Assembly (NCBI GenBank): GCA_049322915.1
Contig: JBMOPW010000012.1
Location: 32,001-96,000, forward strand
DNA: 64,000 nucleotides
Reading direction: 5' to 3'
DNA from: Candidatus Zhuqueibacterota bacterium
GTDB lineage: Bacteria > Zhuqueibacterota > Zhuqueibacteria > Thermofontimicrobiales > Thermofontimicrobiaceae
Part shown: in pieces, positions 10,775 to 20,339 of the stretch
Layout of the letters: each line of letters begins with the position of its first letter
Position numbering within the stretch: the first letter of the stretch is position 1
Notes under the pieces: generated by a model
What the model saw: the letters and a program-made list of their open reading frames with translations, nothing else
The model's database searches: none
Told to the model about the DNA's origin: nothing
Position numbers and translations under genes: made by a program

Positions 10775-11728
10775 CTATTTGGCGTTTTCAGCCGCCAGCA
10801 AAATTGCGCCGACAACGCCGGCGTCGTTGCCCAGCGATGCTTTGATCACTTTCAATTTCCGGGCGATCGCTTTGATGGCGTGTTTCTTCACTTCATTTTC
10901 GATGCAGGAGATGAATTCCGGGCCGGCCTCGGAGACGCCGCCGCCAATGATGACAATATCCGGATCGATGACGTTGACGATGCTGGCGATTCCCACGCCC
11001 AGATATTCGCACGCCTCCTGTATGGTTTGTTTGGCCAGGTCTTCATTCATGGCCGCCTTGTGGAAAATATACTCCGTGGATAAATCGGCGATTTTGTATT
11101 CCACGCCGGTGCGCTTCAACTTTCTTCGATACCGTTTCACCATGGCCGGCGCCGACGCATAGGCCTCGAGACAGCCGCGATTCCCGCAGTTGCACGGGCG
11201 TCCCTTAAAAACAACGATCACGTGTCCCACCTCGGCTGCGGAATGATGCGCGCCGCGGAGGAGCTGGTGATTCAGAATGATCCCGCCGCCAATGCCTGTG
11301 CCCAACGTCAAAAACAGCGCATTGGGATAGCCTTTACCGGCGCCCACACGCGCCTCTGCCAGCGCCACCACATTGGCGTCGTTATCTGCCCAGGTTGTGA
11401 TGTTGAAACGCGCTTCGATATTCTTTTTGATGGGCGCGTCGGTCCAGGACTGGATATTCGGCGTGCTGTCGATCAACTGGCCTTTTTCGAAATGGATGCT
11501 CCCCGGACTGCCGACGCCAATGGCCGTCACGGTCTCATTCTGCTTTGCCGCTTCGCTCAGCAGCTCTTCAATCCCGGCATATATATTTTTAAAAATCGTT
11601 GACTGATCCCTGTCCGCCATCGATGGTCTGCTCAATTTTTTTATCAATTCTCCTGATCGCGTGCCCAGCGCATACTTTAAATTTGTCCCGCCTAAATCTA
11701 AGCCAATGAATAAACCCATGCAAATCAC
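10775..11728 (-). CDS. ROK-family sugar kinase (glucokinase-like)
   Basis: DLGGT, DNDAN, GTGIGGG, EVGH, CNCGNRGCLEAYAS. Confidence 0.9.
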   Translation of the reverse strand: MICMGLFIGLDLGGTNLKYALGTRSGELIKKLSRPSMADRDQSTIFKNIYAGIEELLSEAAKQNETVTAIGVGSPGSIHFEKGQLIDSTPNIQSWTDAPIKKNIEARFNITTWADNDANVVALAEARVGAGKGYPNALFLTLGTGIGGGIILNHQLLRGAHHSAAEVGHVIVVFKGRPCNCGNRGCLEAYASAPAMVKRYRRKLKRTGVEYKIADLSTEYIFHKAAMNEDLAKQTIQEACEYLGVGIASIVNVIDPDIVIIGGGVSEAGPEFISCIENEVKKHAIKAIARKLKVIKASLGNDAGVVGAILLAAENAK

Positions 11729-12101
11729 CTTTTATTTTATGCACGAAACGTGTTTCCAGATGTCCAGCAATTCTGGAGTTGACTATACGGTGAGGCCAAG
11801 TCCTCCATCCAACAGGCGCAGCAGCCACGTGGAAGACGCCCGCAGCCTCATTTTTTTGGGGATTAATTTAGTTTAAATTAGTAAATAATGCAAGTCATTT
11901 TTTCGATGCAGGTTGACTGGCTGAGGCTTTGGAAAAACGATCCATGAAAGCGTGGACAGGCGATAAAAGATCGGCGTCACTCTGAGCGGAACAGCCGTAT
12001 TGCCGGAACGCGATGTTCAAAAACCGGCGCTGAAGCCGGAGTGCCCCGGCCCGGACCACCGCAGCCAGCGACAGGCCAGGGTTTTCCCGTTGGTGGATGC
12101 G

Positions 12102-13673
12102 TTACTGCATGCGCATCAGTTGATTGCGGAGAGCGAATAAATCGCCCTCGAATTCGAGACCGCGGGCGCGGGCAGTCAATCCCCGGTATATTTTTTTGAG
12201 AAGCGCATAGTGCCCGGCAAATTGCGGCCTCGGCGATTTACGCTGATCTTCCTGGAGTTTAATGAACGGCGTCACCACCTGGCGCAGTGGCAGACCCGGC
12301 GCCGCTTCTTTTTTGTAAACCCAGGCCGCATGCAGCGCAGCGCCCAGGGCAGCGCCCTCGCCTTCGACAGGGACCACCGTGGCGTTGAAAACATCGGCGA
12401 TGGTCTGGCGCCAGACATCGGATTTTGCCAGACCGCCGGTCAGGCGTATCTCCCCCGGCTGCACCGGCATGCGCTGAAACCCGTCGTATAGATTGAGCAC
12501 ATGCCCTTCCAGCACAGCGCGGCAAAGGAATTCCGGCGTGAACTCATCCAGGCCGAAACCGAAATAGATCGGCGCAGCCAGCGGAATGTCCGGCGTGCGC
12601 TCGCCCGAGTACCACGGGACAAGAATCCGGCCGCGGCAGCCGACCGGCGTCAGGTTCGCCACTTCATTGAATTGCTCATGGGTCAGGCAGAATTGCTGCA
12701 GGATGGCATTGTATCCGTTGGCCAGATTGGACACGCACAACAGCGGCAAGTAGTGGCCGGTGCTATCGCAGAAAGCGCCAATCTCCCCGGCCGGGTCGAT
12801 GAATGCATGCTCCAGAAATGTGTACGCAGTGCCGCTTGTGCCCAGGCTGATCGTCACAATCCCCGGTTCGACATTGCCGGTGCCCACTGCGCCGTACATG
12901 TTATCGCCGCAGCCGGCGTCGATGGCGCAGTTCGGATCAAAGCCGAATTTGCCCGCCAGCGCGCCGGAAATTCGCCCGATGAATCGGTCCGAAGGGGAAA
13001 TCGGCGGGAGCTTTGCCGACAGATCCGGGGCCATGGCAGCCAGGAGCGCCTGGGACCACGCGCGTTTTTCCGGATGCCACAGCGCCATGCCGGACGCATC
13101 GCCCGGCTCCATGGCGCGCACGCCGCCGGTCAAATACCAGTTCACAAAATTATGGACGAGAAACAGCGTGGCGGTTCGCCTGTAATTCTCCGGCTCATGC
13201 CGGATGAGATGAAATATCTTCGCCGCTGTGTAGCCGGTCCGCTGGGTATTGCCGGCCTCGGCGATCATGGCGTCTTTTCCGCCGACAGCCACTGTGAGCA
13301 AATCGCATTCCTCCCCGGTCGAAAAGTCATTCCACAATTTGCTGGTGCGCCGGGACAGATTGCCATCCGCATCCAGCGCCACCAGACCATGCTGCTGCCC
13401 GGAAACGGACATGGCTTTTATGGCGGCCGGATTCACCGCAGAAAGCCTGAGCCGCTGAAAAAGCATGTTCAGCGCATCGATCCACATGTAGGGATTTGAT
13501 TCGGAAACGCCCTGGGCCAGCCCCTGAATGACGCCGTTCGACGTGTGGTAGTGAGGCAAATCCGTGTCGTAGTTCACCTGGTCAGCGTACACGACCGACT
13601 TTTCAGTCAGATCAATAATGACGAGCTTGCAGCTCTGGGTCGAACAATCGATTCCGGCAAATAATTCACTCAC
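12102..13673 (-). CDS. xylB: Xylulokinase (FGGY family)
   Basis: GIDCSTQSCK, SGQQHG, LWND, SLGTSG, GERTP. Confidence 0.85.
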   Translation of the reverse strand: MSELFAGIDCSTQSCKLVIIDLTEKSVVYADQVNYDTDLPHYHTSNGVIQGLAQGVSESNPYMWIDALNMLFQRLRLSAVNPAAIKAMSVSGQQHGLVALDADGNLSRRTSKLWNDFSTGEECDLLTVAVGGKDAMIAEAGNTQRTGYTAAKIFHLIRHEPENYRRTATLFLVHNFVNWYLTGGVRAMEPGDASGMALWHPEKRAWSQALLAAMAPDLSAKLPPISPSDRFIGRISGALAGKFGFDPNCAIDAGCGDNMYGAVGTGNVEPGIVTISLGTSGTAYTFLEHAFIDPAGEIGAFCDSTGHYLPLLCVSNLANGYNAILQQFCLTHEQFNEVANLTPVGCRGRILVPWYSGERTPDIPLAAPIYFGFGLDEFTPEFLCRAVLEGHVLNLYDGFQRMPVQPGEIRLTGGLAKSDVWRQTIADVFNATVVPVEGEGAALGAALHAAWVYKKEAAPGLPLRQVVTPFIKLQEDQRKSPRPQFAGHYALLKKIYRGLTARARGLEFEGDLFALRNQLMRMQ

Positions 13674-14038
13674 GTTGGCATCCTTTGTTTTTCAAATGGG
13701 AACAGAAATTTATTTTTAATTTTTGGGCTTTGGCCTATTATTCGAGTGGACACTAAAATGAAAAAGCCATGCCGGCCAAACACCCGGTCAAATACGGTGA
13801 AGTGTTGCGGCGGTAGATATCCCCGTCGTATTGTCATCCAAAACGTCGCTGCCACCCGGCGGAAAAAGTACATGGGAAATATAACACGGGATACTATTAA
13901 AAGTCAACAAGAAAATACAGACAGCATGCAGCGCCTGAACATGATTCTGTCTATCTGACCCGGCGTTCGTCGTCGACCGCGTTTCCATGACTCACTTCTT
14001 TTCGTTGGGTTCCATCCAGGAATATCTCCAAAAATGAC

Positions 14039-14066
14039 TTGACATTTTACGAATTTATTTTATATT
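14039..14066 (+). promoter_or_regulatory. sigma70-type promoter facing the cassette array
   Basis: TTGACA-N16-TATATT. Confidence 0.5.
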
Positions 14067-14436
14067 CATGTTCATACATGCCTGTCCAACATTCATGGCT
14101 CTTTCCCGCCCTGAAAAAGCTATCGGCTCTGACACACGTACTGAGCTTTTTTCAAAGCGACACAGGGATTTTGAATGTTGGCAGGATTTGGTTCCATTAT
14201 TAAACTATCTTTCTGTATATCATACTTTTTTGGGCGTTATGCGGTCTGTCTAATCTCCTGAGACAAAGAAAACCATTTCACAAAAGGCGCTGTTTCTATT
14301 GTTGTTTCGGGATGCAGTCTTAGCTTGTTTAGGGATGTTATGCAGAAAGTGTATAGTCACTTGTTCCGCGCGACGGCGTCGCGCGGAATCGCGGCGCTGA
14401 CTTCGTTAGTGCCATGTTCCCCCGCGCTGACGCGCG

Positions 14437-14534
14437 GCGGAACAAGGCACTTGACCCGACTGCGCGCGCTGTCTGTCCGTCCAGCAAGCGGGACTCCCAG
14501 CCAGCGTGCTCGCGGGTCAGCGCCGCGATTAGGC
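14437..14534 (+). repeat. attC site with mutated R' core (ATTAGGC)
   Basis: GCGGAAC-aa-GGCACT(T)GACCCG(A)C...GCGGGTCAGCGCC-gcg-ATTAGGC: inverted arms with two extrahelical bases; ATT occupies the GTT position. Confidence 0.7.
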
Positions 14535-14562
14535 ACCAGGATTGAAGGTAAAAGGTAATGCT

Positions 14563-16356
14563 ATGATTAAAAATGTGAAAATTGAGAACTTTAAAATTTT
14601 TAAATCAATTGAGACTGACATAAAAAATTTCACTGTTTTAATGGGTGAGAATGGATGTGGAAAAACGACTATATTGCAGGCAATTGCGCTTGGACTTAGG
14701 ATTTTCAGCTCAACTGATTTAATCAAATACGACAAGACAAGAAAAACGGTAAGATTTAGACCGAAGGGTGTTCCTTATCCTCAGCTACCAGGTTTTAATC
14801 TTGAAGATATTACAGAGATATTTTACTCCAAACAAGCTCGTGGTGGCTCTGGTGGGGGTGTTACCCCGATTAAGATCGAACTGACCGATAATGACGGCAA
14901 TGTTTATAAATTGAATATCACCTCTCTCTTTGGAGCATATACAACAAAATGTGAATCTAAGAAAAACGACTTTGTCGCGTATCCATCTTTGATTGACTGT
15001 AATCCCCTATTTATTTCTGGTTTTGTGGGAATCACCACAGCTGAAGAAAGATTATTTCCTCGAGTAATTCAAGATAGAATGATACGAGGTCAAGCAAGCA
15101 GCATTTTACGAAATCTTTTATTAGATTTAAAGGAAAATGAACCTAATAAATTTGAACGAATGAAAGATAAAATCGAGAAATTTTTTAACTTCAATCTAGG
15201 AATGATCGATTTTAATCAAGATAGGGATATATTCGTTCATGCAAAATTCACTGAAAAAATCGGTCCCAGAAAAATCGCTTTAGATTTATCATCTTCTGGG
15301 AGTGGTTTTTTGCAAGCACTTCAAATATTAACATCCATCTATTTATTTTCAGACAAATCAAAAGTTGTATTACTTGATGAGCCTGACGCTCATCTTCATC
15401 CAAATCTCCAAAGAATAACAGCACAGTTACTACAAGAGATTTCAAATGAAGAAAATCTTCAAATAATAATATCGACTCATTCTACACCAATTATCAGAGA
15501 AGTAGATCCATCATCAATTCTTCCAGTTTCCTCAAAGAAAAGCAGCCTGGCTTACCTAAAATCTGATGAAGAGATGGAATCAGAAATATTACTAAGGCTA
15601 GATAACTTCGAAAAAGCAAAAGCAAGCATTGCAGGGAAGATTTTTTTTGTAGAGGACAGAAATATTAAAATACTTAGAAAGCTTGATACATTATTAGAAA
15701 CCTACTTAATTGACGGCATTAATGCGGTTCCTCTAATAAGAGCAAACGGTAAAGATGATAAGATACCTTTTAGGATAAAAGGTCCGTTGGAAGCTATCAC
15801 AGGCACAAATATCGATGTCTATTTTTTAAGAGATAGTGATGGCATCAGTGACGAATGGAAAAAGAAAATAACAGATTACGCCAAAGATAATGATGTAAAT
15901 TTATTTTTACTGAATTGTCACGAGATGGAAAGTTACTTAATAAACCCAAAGGTCATTTCAGGGGTTTTATCCGAATTGTCAGTCAATCTTTCAGAAGAAG
16001 AGGTTAAATCAATTTTGGTTAAAATAATGAAAGATGTAATAGCAATGTCTAGATATGGTTTTGATAATACGTTGGCAAATGTGATTAATAATACTGCAAG
16101 ACTACTCAATGAACACGATTTTAAAATGCAAGATGCACAAAGAGAAGCAGCTGATATTAGAGGAAAGTATGAAAATATGAATGAATTTGAAGCACTTGCT
16201 AGGGTAGCTCCTGCAAAAGAGACATTAAAAGAATTTTTTAAAAAAATAAATGAGGAATATAAAATTCAAATTACATCTTCTCAATTATTATCAAGACTAT
16301 CTGCTGATGATATTGATAACGATTTAAAAGAATTTTTAAGGCAGATAAAGGCCTAA
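14563..16356 (+). CDS. ABC-type ATPase with C-terminal TOPRIM-like domain (OLD-family-like nuclease), cassette-borne
   Basis: Walker A GENGCGKT, LSSSGSG signature, Walker B LLDEPDAHLHP, STHS H-loop, TOPRIM-like FFVED and RDSD; AT-rich; stop codon lies inside GCCTAAC. Confidence 0.8.
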   Translation: MIKNVKIENFKIFKSIETDIKNFTVLMGENGCGKTTILQAIALGLRIFSSTDLIKYDKTRKTVRFRPKGVPYPQLPGFNLEDITEIFYSKQARGGSGGGVTPIKIELTDNDGNVYKLNITSLFGAYTTKCESKKNDFVAYPSLIDCNPLFISGFVGITTAEERLFPRVIQDRMIRGQASSILRNLLLDLKENEPNKFERMKDKIEKFFNFNLGMIDFNQDRDIFVHAKFTEKIGPRKIALDLSSSGSGFLQALQILTSIYLFSDKSKVVLLDEPDAHLHPNLQRITAQLLQEISNEENLQIIISTHSTPIIREVDPSSILPVSSKKSSLAYLKSDEEMESEILLRLDNFEKAKASIAGKIFFVEDRNIKILRKLDTLLETYLIDGINAVPLIRANGKDDKIPFRIKGPLEAITGTNIDVYFLRDSDGISDEWKKKITDYAKDNDVNLFLLNCHEMESYLINPKVISGVLSELSVNLSEEEVKSILVKIMKDVIAMSRYGFDNTLANVINNTARLLNEHDFKMQDAQREAADIRGKYENMNEFEALARVAPAKETLKEFFKKINEEYKIQITSSQLLSRLSADDIDNDLKEFLRQIKA

Positions 16357-16381
16357 CGAATGTTTCCAGCTGACGTTACCT
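16351..16381 (+). repeat. Truncated attC (R'' and L'' only)
   Basis: GCCTAAC (complement of TTAGGC at 14529)-gaatgt-TTCCAGCTGAC-GTTACC; no L' arm. Confidence 0.6.
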
Positions 16382-16407
16382 CTGACACCACCAAAACAGG
16401 TTCATTA

Positions 16408-16580
16408 ATGAAATATAACCACATCGGAATTCCAACTTCAGACCGATTCGAGGGCGAAATTGACCTGCCGCATTTGAAAATCACGGTGAGCGACCACACC
16501 AATAATCCTTTCGGAATCCAGTGGATGGGGTACAGGGAGGATTCGCCGTACCCTGAACTGGTCAAAACCGTCCCGCACGA
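16408..16580 (+). pseudogene. 3'-truncated VOC/glyoxalase-like gene fragment
   Basis: MKYNHIGIPT...NPFGIQWM...PELVKTVPH breaks abruptly into attC-like sequence. Confidence 0.55.
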
Positions 16581-16666
16581 TTGGGATTCTGCGCCCTCCC
16601 AAGCTTTTTTCTGGCTGGACGACTCCGACGTCCCCGCCCCAGCGCAGGTAACGCAAGCCGTTGGGC
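16581..16666 (+). repeat. 5'-truncated long attC (right half with GTTGGGC core)
   Basis: GGACG-actccga-CGTCC inner hairpin, CCCCAGCGCAGGTAACGC L' arm, aagcc, then GTTGGGC (GTTRRRY) 40 bp before yjhP. Confidence 0.65.
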
Positions 16667-16706
16667 AGTAAAGAAATAAATTCGAACCCGTAAGGAGGTT
16701 TTCACT

Positions 16707-17453
16707 ATGGACATTCCAAGGATCTTCAACATCACCGAAAGTGCGCATCGCATCCACAACCCGTTCACGCCCGAGAAACTGGCTACTCTTGGCGCGGCGT
16801 TGCGTATAGAACCGGGGACTAGTGTCCTTGACCTCGGTAGCGGCTCGGGCGAGATGCTGTGTACTTGGGCACGCGATCATGGGATAGTCGGCGCCGGCGT
16901 AGATATGAGCCAATTGTTCACCAAACAGGCGAGGCACCGCGCTGAAGAGCTCGGTGTCGCTGATCGAGTCAAGTTCATCCACGGCGATGCCGCCGGCTAT
17001 GTTTCTGACGAGAAGGTCGGGATCGCGGCCTGTGTCGGGGCCACATGGATCGGCGGAGGTGTAGCCGGAACAATCGAGCTTCTGAAGCGGAGCTTACTTG
17101 ACGGAGGAACCATCCTCATCGGCGAGCCCTTCTGGCGTCAGATGCCGCCGACAGAAGATGTCGCCAGGGAGTGCCATGCACACTCGATCTCCGACTATCT
17201 CCTGCTTCCTGAACTTCTCGCATCCATCGGCCACCTTGGCTACGATGTTGTGGAAATGGTCCTCGCCGATCAGAACGGCTGGGACAGATACGAAGCGGCC
17301 AAATGGCTCACAATGCGCCGATGGCTTGAAGCCAATCCCGACGACGAGATGGCCAAAGAGGTTCGCTCCCAACTGACCTCGGAACCCGAGCGCTACTCCA
17401 CCTACACGCGTGAATACCAGGGCTGGGGGGTGTTCGCGCTGATGCTGCGATGA
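16707..17453 (+). CDS. yjhP: Class I SAM-dependent methyltransferase, YjhP-like, cassette-borne
   Basis: MDIPRIFNITESAHRIHNPFT...VLDLGSGSGEMLCTWARDHG, recognised as close to E. coli YjhP; AGGAGG RBS. Confidence 0.85.
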   Translation: MDIPRIFNITESAHRIHNPFTPEKLATLGAALRIEPGTSVLDLGSGSGEMLCTWARDHGIVGAGVDMSQLFTKQARHRAEELGVADRVKFIHGDAAGYVSDEKVGIAACVGATWIGGGVAGTIELLKRSLLDGGTILIGEPFWRQMPPTEDVARECHAHSISDYLLLPELLASIGHLGYDVVEMVLADQNGWDRYEAAKWLTMRRWLEANPDDEMAKEVRSQLTSEPERYSTYTREYQGWGVFALMLR

Positions 17454-17499
17454 TAAGGGGATGAGCGGGCGACTTAGAAAGTGGAGAAAATCCAATCAT

Positions 17500-17519
17500 G
17501 CCTAACCCTATCGTTGGCT
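17500..17519 (+). repeat. Collapsed attC remnant
   Basis: GCCTAAC-cctatc-GTTGGCT: R'' and R' boxes only 6 bp apart; GCCTAAC nearly complements GTTGGGC at 16660. Confidence 0.45.
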
Positions 17520-17626
17520 GAACTCCGCTTTTACAGCACTAATCTAAGAAAAATATTATTATGACACACCCTAAAAAACGCCCGCCGTCCGTGTCGGGCT
17601 AATGAGAAGAAAACGGGAAGGTATCA

Positions 17627-17745
17627 ATGCTGAACCAAAACCCTGAGCAGATCGCACGAGACAATATTGATAATCAACTTATTGCTTGCGGTTGGGTCGT
17701 ACAAAACAAATCACAGATAAACATCAATGCTGGTCCCGGGGTGTC
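17627..17745 (+). pseudogene. hsdR: N-terminal fragment of a type I restriction enzyme R subunit
   Basis: NQNPEQIARDNIDNQLIACGWVVQ...INAGPGV matches the HsdR N-terminus and stops after about 39 codons. Confidence 0.6.
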
Positions 17746-17755
17746 GGAAATAAAA

Positions 17756-18145
17756 ATGAGATTAAACTGTCAACATGTCTCGGCTGACGAAGCGGGCGGT
17801 GAGATATTCCAGATCCTTTTCGAGGAGAAGGAAGATCAGTGCGACGAACCGTACGTGCTGATTCAACGCGCGTGGCTGGAAGAAGACGAAGGCGAGTTCA
17901 GCCCCATCTACGTGGAAACGCACGATGAGCGTTTGATCGGTCACTACCGAAAGGTCGATGCCGTGCTCACCAGAAGCCATCTCACACTCCGCTTGCCACC
18001 GCCCACAGAAGAGGTGATCGAGATCGACTTCACGACCTCGGACAGCACCTTCCGAAAAGTCAAGCGGATGCTCGGGATCATTCTGCAGAGGGACACGGAC
18101 GAAGACAAAGATGCCAACATCCAGGTGGATGGTATTCGTCCATAG
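17756..18145 (+). CDS. Hypothetical protein, probable cassette ORF
   Basis: Internal ATG after AAATAAAA; acidic 129 aa protein; TGCCAAC R''-like motif at 18112 near the 3' end. Confidence 0.55.
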   Translation: MRLNCQHVSADEAGGEIFQILFEEKEDQCDEPYVLIQRAWLEEDEGEFSPIYVETHDERLIGHYRKVDAVLTRSHLTLRLPPPTEEVIEIDFTTSDSTFRKVKRMLGIILQRDTDEDKDANIQVDGIRP

Positions 18146-18327
18146 CGCATTGTCGGGCAATGTATCCCGTGATGCACATGAATGTCATTCGCGGGAATTG
18201 GAAAATATCCGGACATCAGCACAAACGCCCCGGCGCCGTCGCTGAAGACGAGGTCAGGGCTATTGGTTCTATTTTAAAATGTCAGAAAATGCGATGGATG
18301 TGCAACGCGCAGGTTTCGCTGTCGCGG

Positions 18328-19581
18328 TTACTTCTCTCCAAAGGTAAACGACTGGCGATAGGTTTTGTCGCCGATGGAAGGATCACACGGGGGGAAATTG
18401 CGCCATTGCCGGATGCGGCCCACAATGCACGATTCCATTCTGGGACTTTCCAGCGTGGACGATACAATCGATACGGCGGAGATAATACCTTCGGGGTTGA
18501 GGACAAAGCGAACCACTATTTTCCCCCGGACTTCCGGATTGTATTTCAGTTCCTGGCGGTAGCAATCCTGCAAAGCGCGCTTGTGGGATTCCACCACACG
18601 AAGAACGTCCTGGGCGCTGCGGGTTTTGCCTTCGCCATCCGCTTTGGCGAGCTTGCTCAAATAGCTGGAGGACACATCCTCGAACTGGACGTTGCGGGCA
18701 ATGGGCGTTGTTCTCGCCTCTTCCAGCGGCTGCACATTGTCAACAATCTGCTTCACCTCGGCATCCGCGGACACGCGCCCCCGTTTCAAATCCGACAGGT
18801 CATTTCCGCCACTGCTCCGCGCAATTTTATTCAGGTAAGTGCTTCGGCCGTAGCGAGGCACTTCAATGCGGCGCAGCTTCGATAGGACATTGGACAGGTG
18901 GCTCGAATTTTCATTGGCGTATTCCAGCAAATCTTCAACATACTCATAATCAACGGCCGTCCCTTTTTTCGCAATCAATCCCAGCAGACCCACTGAACTC
19001 ATCTCAGCTTCCAGTTCTTCCCGGGAAAGCTGTCTCATTCGGTTCATTGCCCCGCGGGTCGTTTCGCGCGCTTCGTGCGTCATGGCATTGATTTCATCTA
19101 CTCCCTCAGGTTGTCCTGTTTTTCCCGGGTCTGGCAGGTCTGCAATGGACTCCATGATATTCTCTGTTAACGCACCCATCCACTGCTCCATTCCGGTGAT
19201 TACGCCGGTATCCAGCTTATCGCGGAGGCTCAGTCCCTCGGTGGACGGAGTTGGCTTCGCCTTGTCGCTCACATTCAGCAGCAATTGCGCGTACCTCTCC
19301 TGAATTCTTGTGATCTGTGTGGCGTCTGTTCGGTAGGGAAAAATTTCTTTCAGCAGTTGAAAAGCTCCGATGTGAAAGAAAAAGGAAGCCAGTAAAATCA
19401 GAATATATCTTTTGTCGAGCGTTTTAAAAAATGATTTTCTGAATTCACTCGGTAATCTATCGAGCATCAATCCGTCTGCAAGCCCGGGTTCGGGCTGGGG
19501 ATATTGCGGTACCACTTCATCCTCTTGCATGAAATCGGCGCTGTGATTCTCCTCGTTGTAGTCCTTCAATCCAATCTCCAA
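18328..19581 (-). CDS. AgmX/PglI (TonB-C-like) C-terminal domain membrane protein
   Basis: Single TM (ASFFFHIG) and C-terminal RSAQDVLRVV...LQDCYRQELKYNPEVRGKIVVRFVL...CIVGRIRQWRNFP; start may be ATG 19530. Confidence 0.75.
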   Translation of the reverse strand: MEIGLKDYNEENHSADFMQEDEVVPQYPQPEPGLADGLMLDRLPSEFRKSFFKTLDKRYILILLASFFFHIGAFQLLKEIFPYRTDATQITRIQERYAQLLLNVSDKAKPTPSTEGLSLRDKLDTGVITGMEQWMGALTENIMESIADLPDPGKTGQPEGVDEINAMTHEARETTRGAMNRMRQLSREELEAEMSSVGLLGLIAKKGTAVDYEYVEDLLEYANENSSHLSNVLSKLRRIEVPRYGRSTYLNKIARSSGGNDLSDLKRGRVSADAEVKQIVDNVQPLEEARTTPIARNVQFEDVSSSYLSKLAKADGEGKTRSAQDVLRVVESHKRALQDCYRQELKYNPEVRGKIVVRFVLNPEGIISAVSIVSSTLESPRMESCIVGRIRQWRNFPPCDPSIGDKTYRQSFTFGEK

Positions 19582-20339
19582 ATTAGTTGTGCCGGTTCGA
19601 CTGAATAAGAAGCCTATAATATAAGTTTTTATCGATAAAAGTCAAGGATAAAATAAGAGTTACTGTAATTTGTCAGAATTTTATTATGGCCTATCCGATA
19701 GCCGGTGTGTGAAAAATAAATGACTTGTCAGCCATGATTTTTTCCTCCGATTACCGATTCGAAATTCACCGCTGATTCGTTGATCGCTCGCGTTTTCTCT
19801 GACGTCCGATGTCTGAAAGCTCCGTGTTGTGTGGTTCTATCGCATCCGATCCAATCAATTTTTCTTCGGAGAGAAACCGTCGCTCGGAGCGCATTCGCTT
19901 CATGGAATGCCAGGATGGGGTGCATTCACGAGTATTTCCTGATTGTGGTCCAGTTTGCCGGATCAAAACACTTCATTCACCAGGCCATTTTTGCATGCGC
20001 CGGCTATCTGCTAAATCAATTGTGCTTCAGATGATACACTGTTCAAAGTCGCACAGGTCGCCTCGCAGGGTGCTGTTCGGCAGATCCCGTCAGCGTCGAT
20101 TCGCAGGTGGAATGCAGCAAGCCGACATTGCGCCTGCCCTGTTATGTGTACAAAAATTATACCCCAATTCTCCGAACACGCAACGCAGGGATTCATCCGA
20201 TAAAAATTCCAAAAAAATACGGGATTAAAATTAATTAATGATTCTTAAAAATGTAATATTTTGCTTGCATTTTAAGTTAAAAAATTTATCTTATAACGTT
20301 ATTCTTTCATAATATAATCCATCTATAAACGATACATTT

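Noticed and set aside
12501..13499. Long antisense ORFs (also 18160-18885, 23089-23844, 27276-28016, 29524-30330)
   Set aside because: They are shadows of well-supported genes on the opposite strand and carry no motifs of their own.
13700..14360. Integron integrase or attI upstream of the cassette array
   Set aside because: No ORF with tyrosine-recombinase motifs on either strand; several GTT cores (14177, 14236, 14337) but no recognisable attI structure.
14325..14558. 77 aa ORF before the ATPase
   Set aside because: It reads through GC-rich palindromes and the attC; Arg/Ala-rich junk translation.
14563..16356. Gabija, PARIS or retron system
   Set aside because: No UvrD-like helicase, separate partner gene or reverse transcriptase is adjacent.
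19620..20339. ncRNA or gene in the 700 bp divergent intergenic region
   Set aside because: Only promoter-like AT-rich ends; no recognisable RNA motif or credible ORF.
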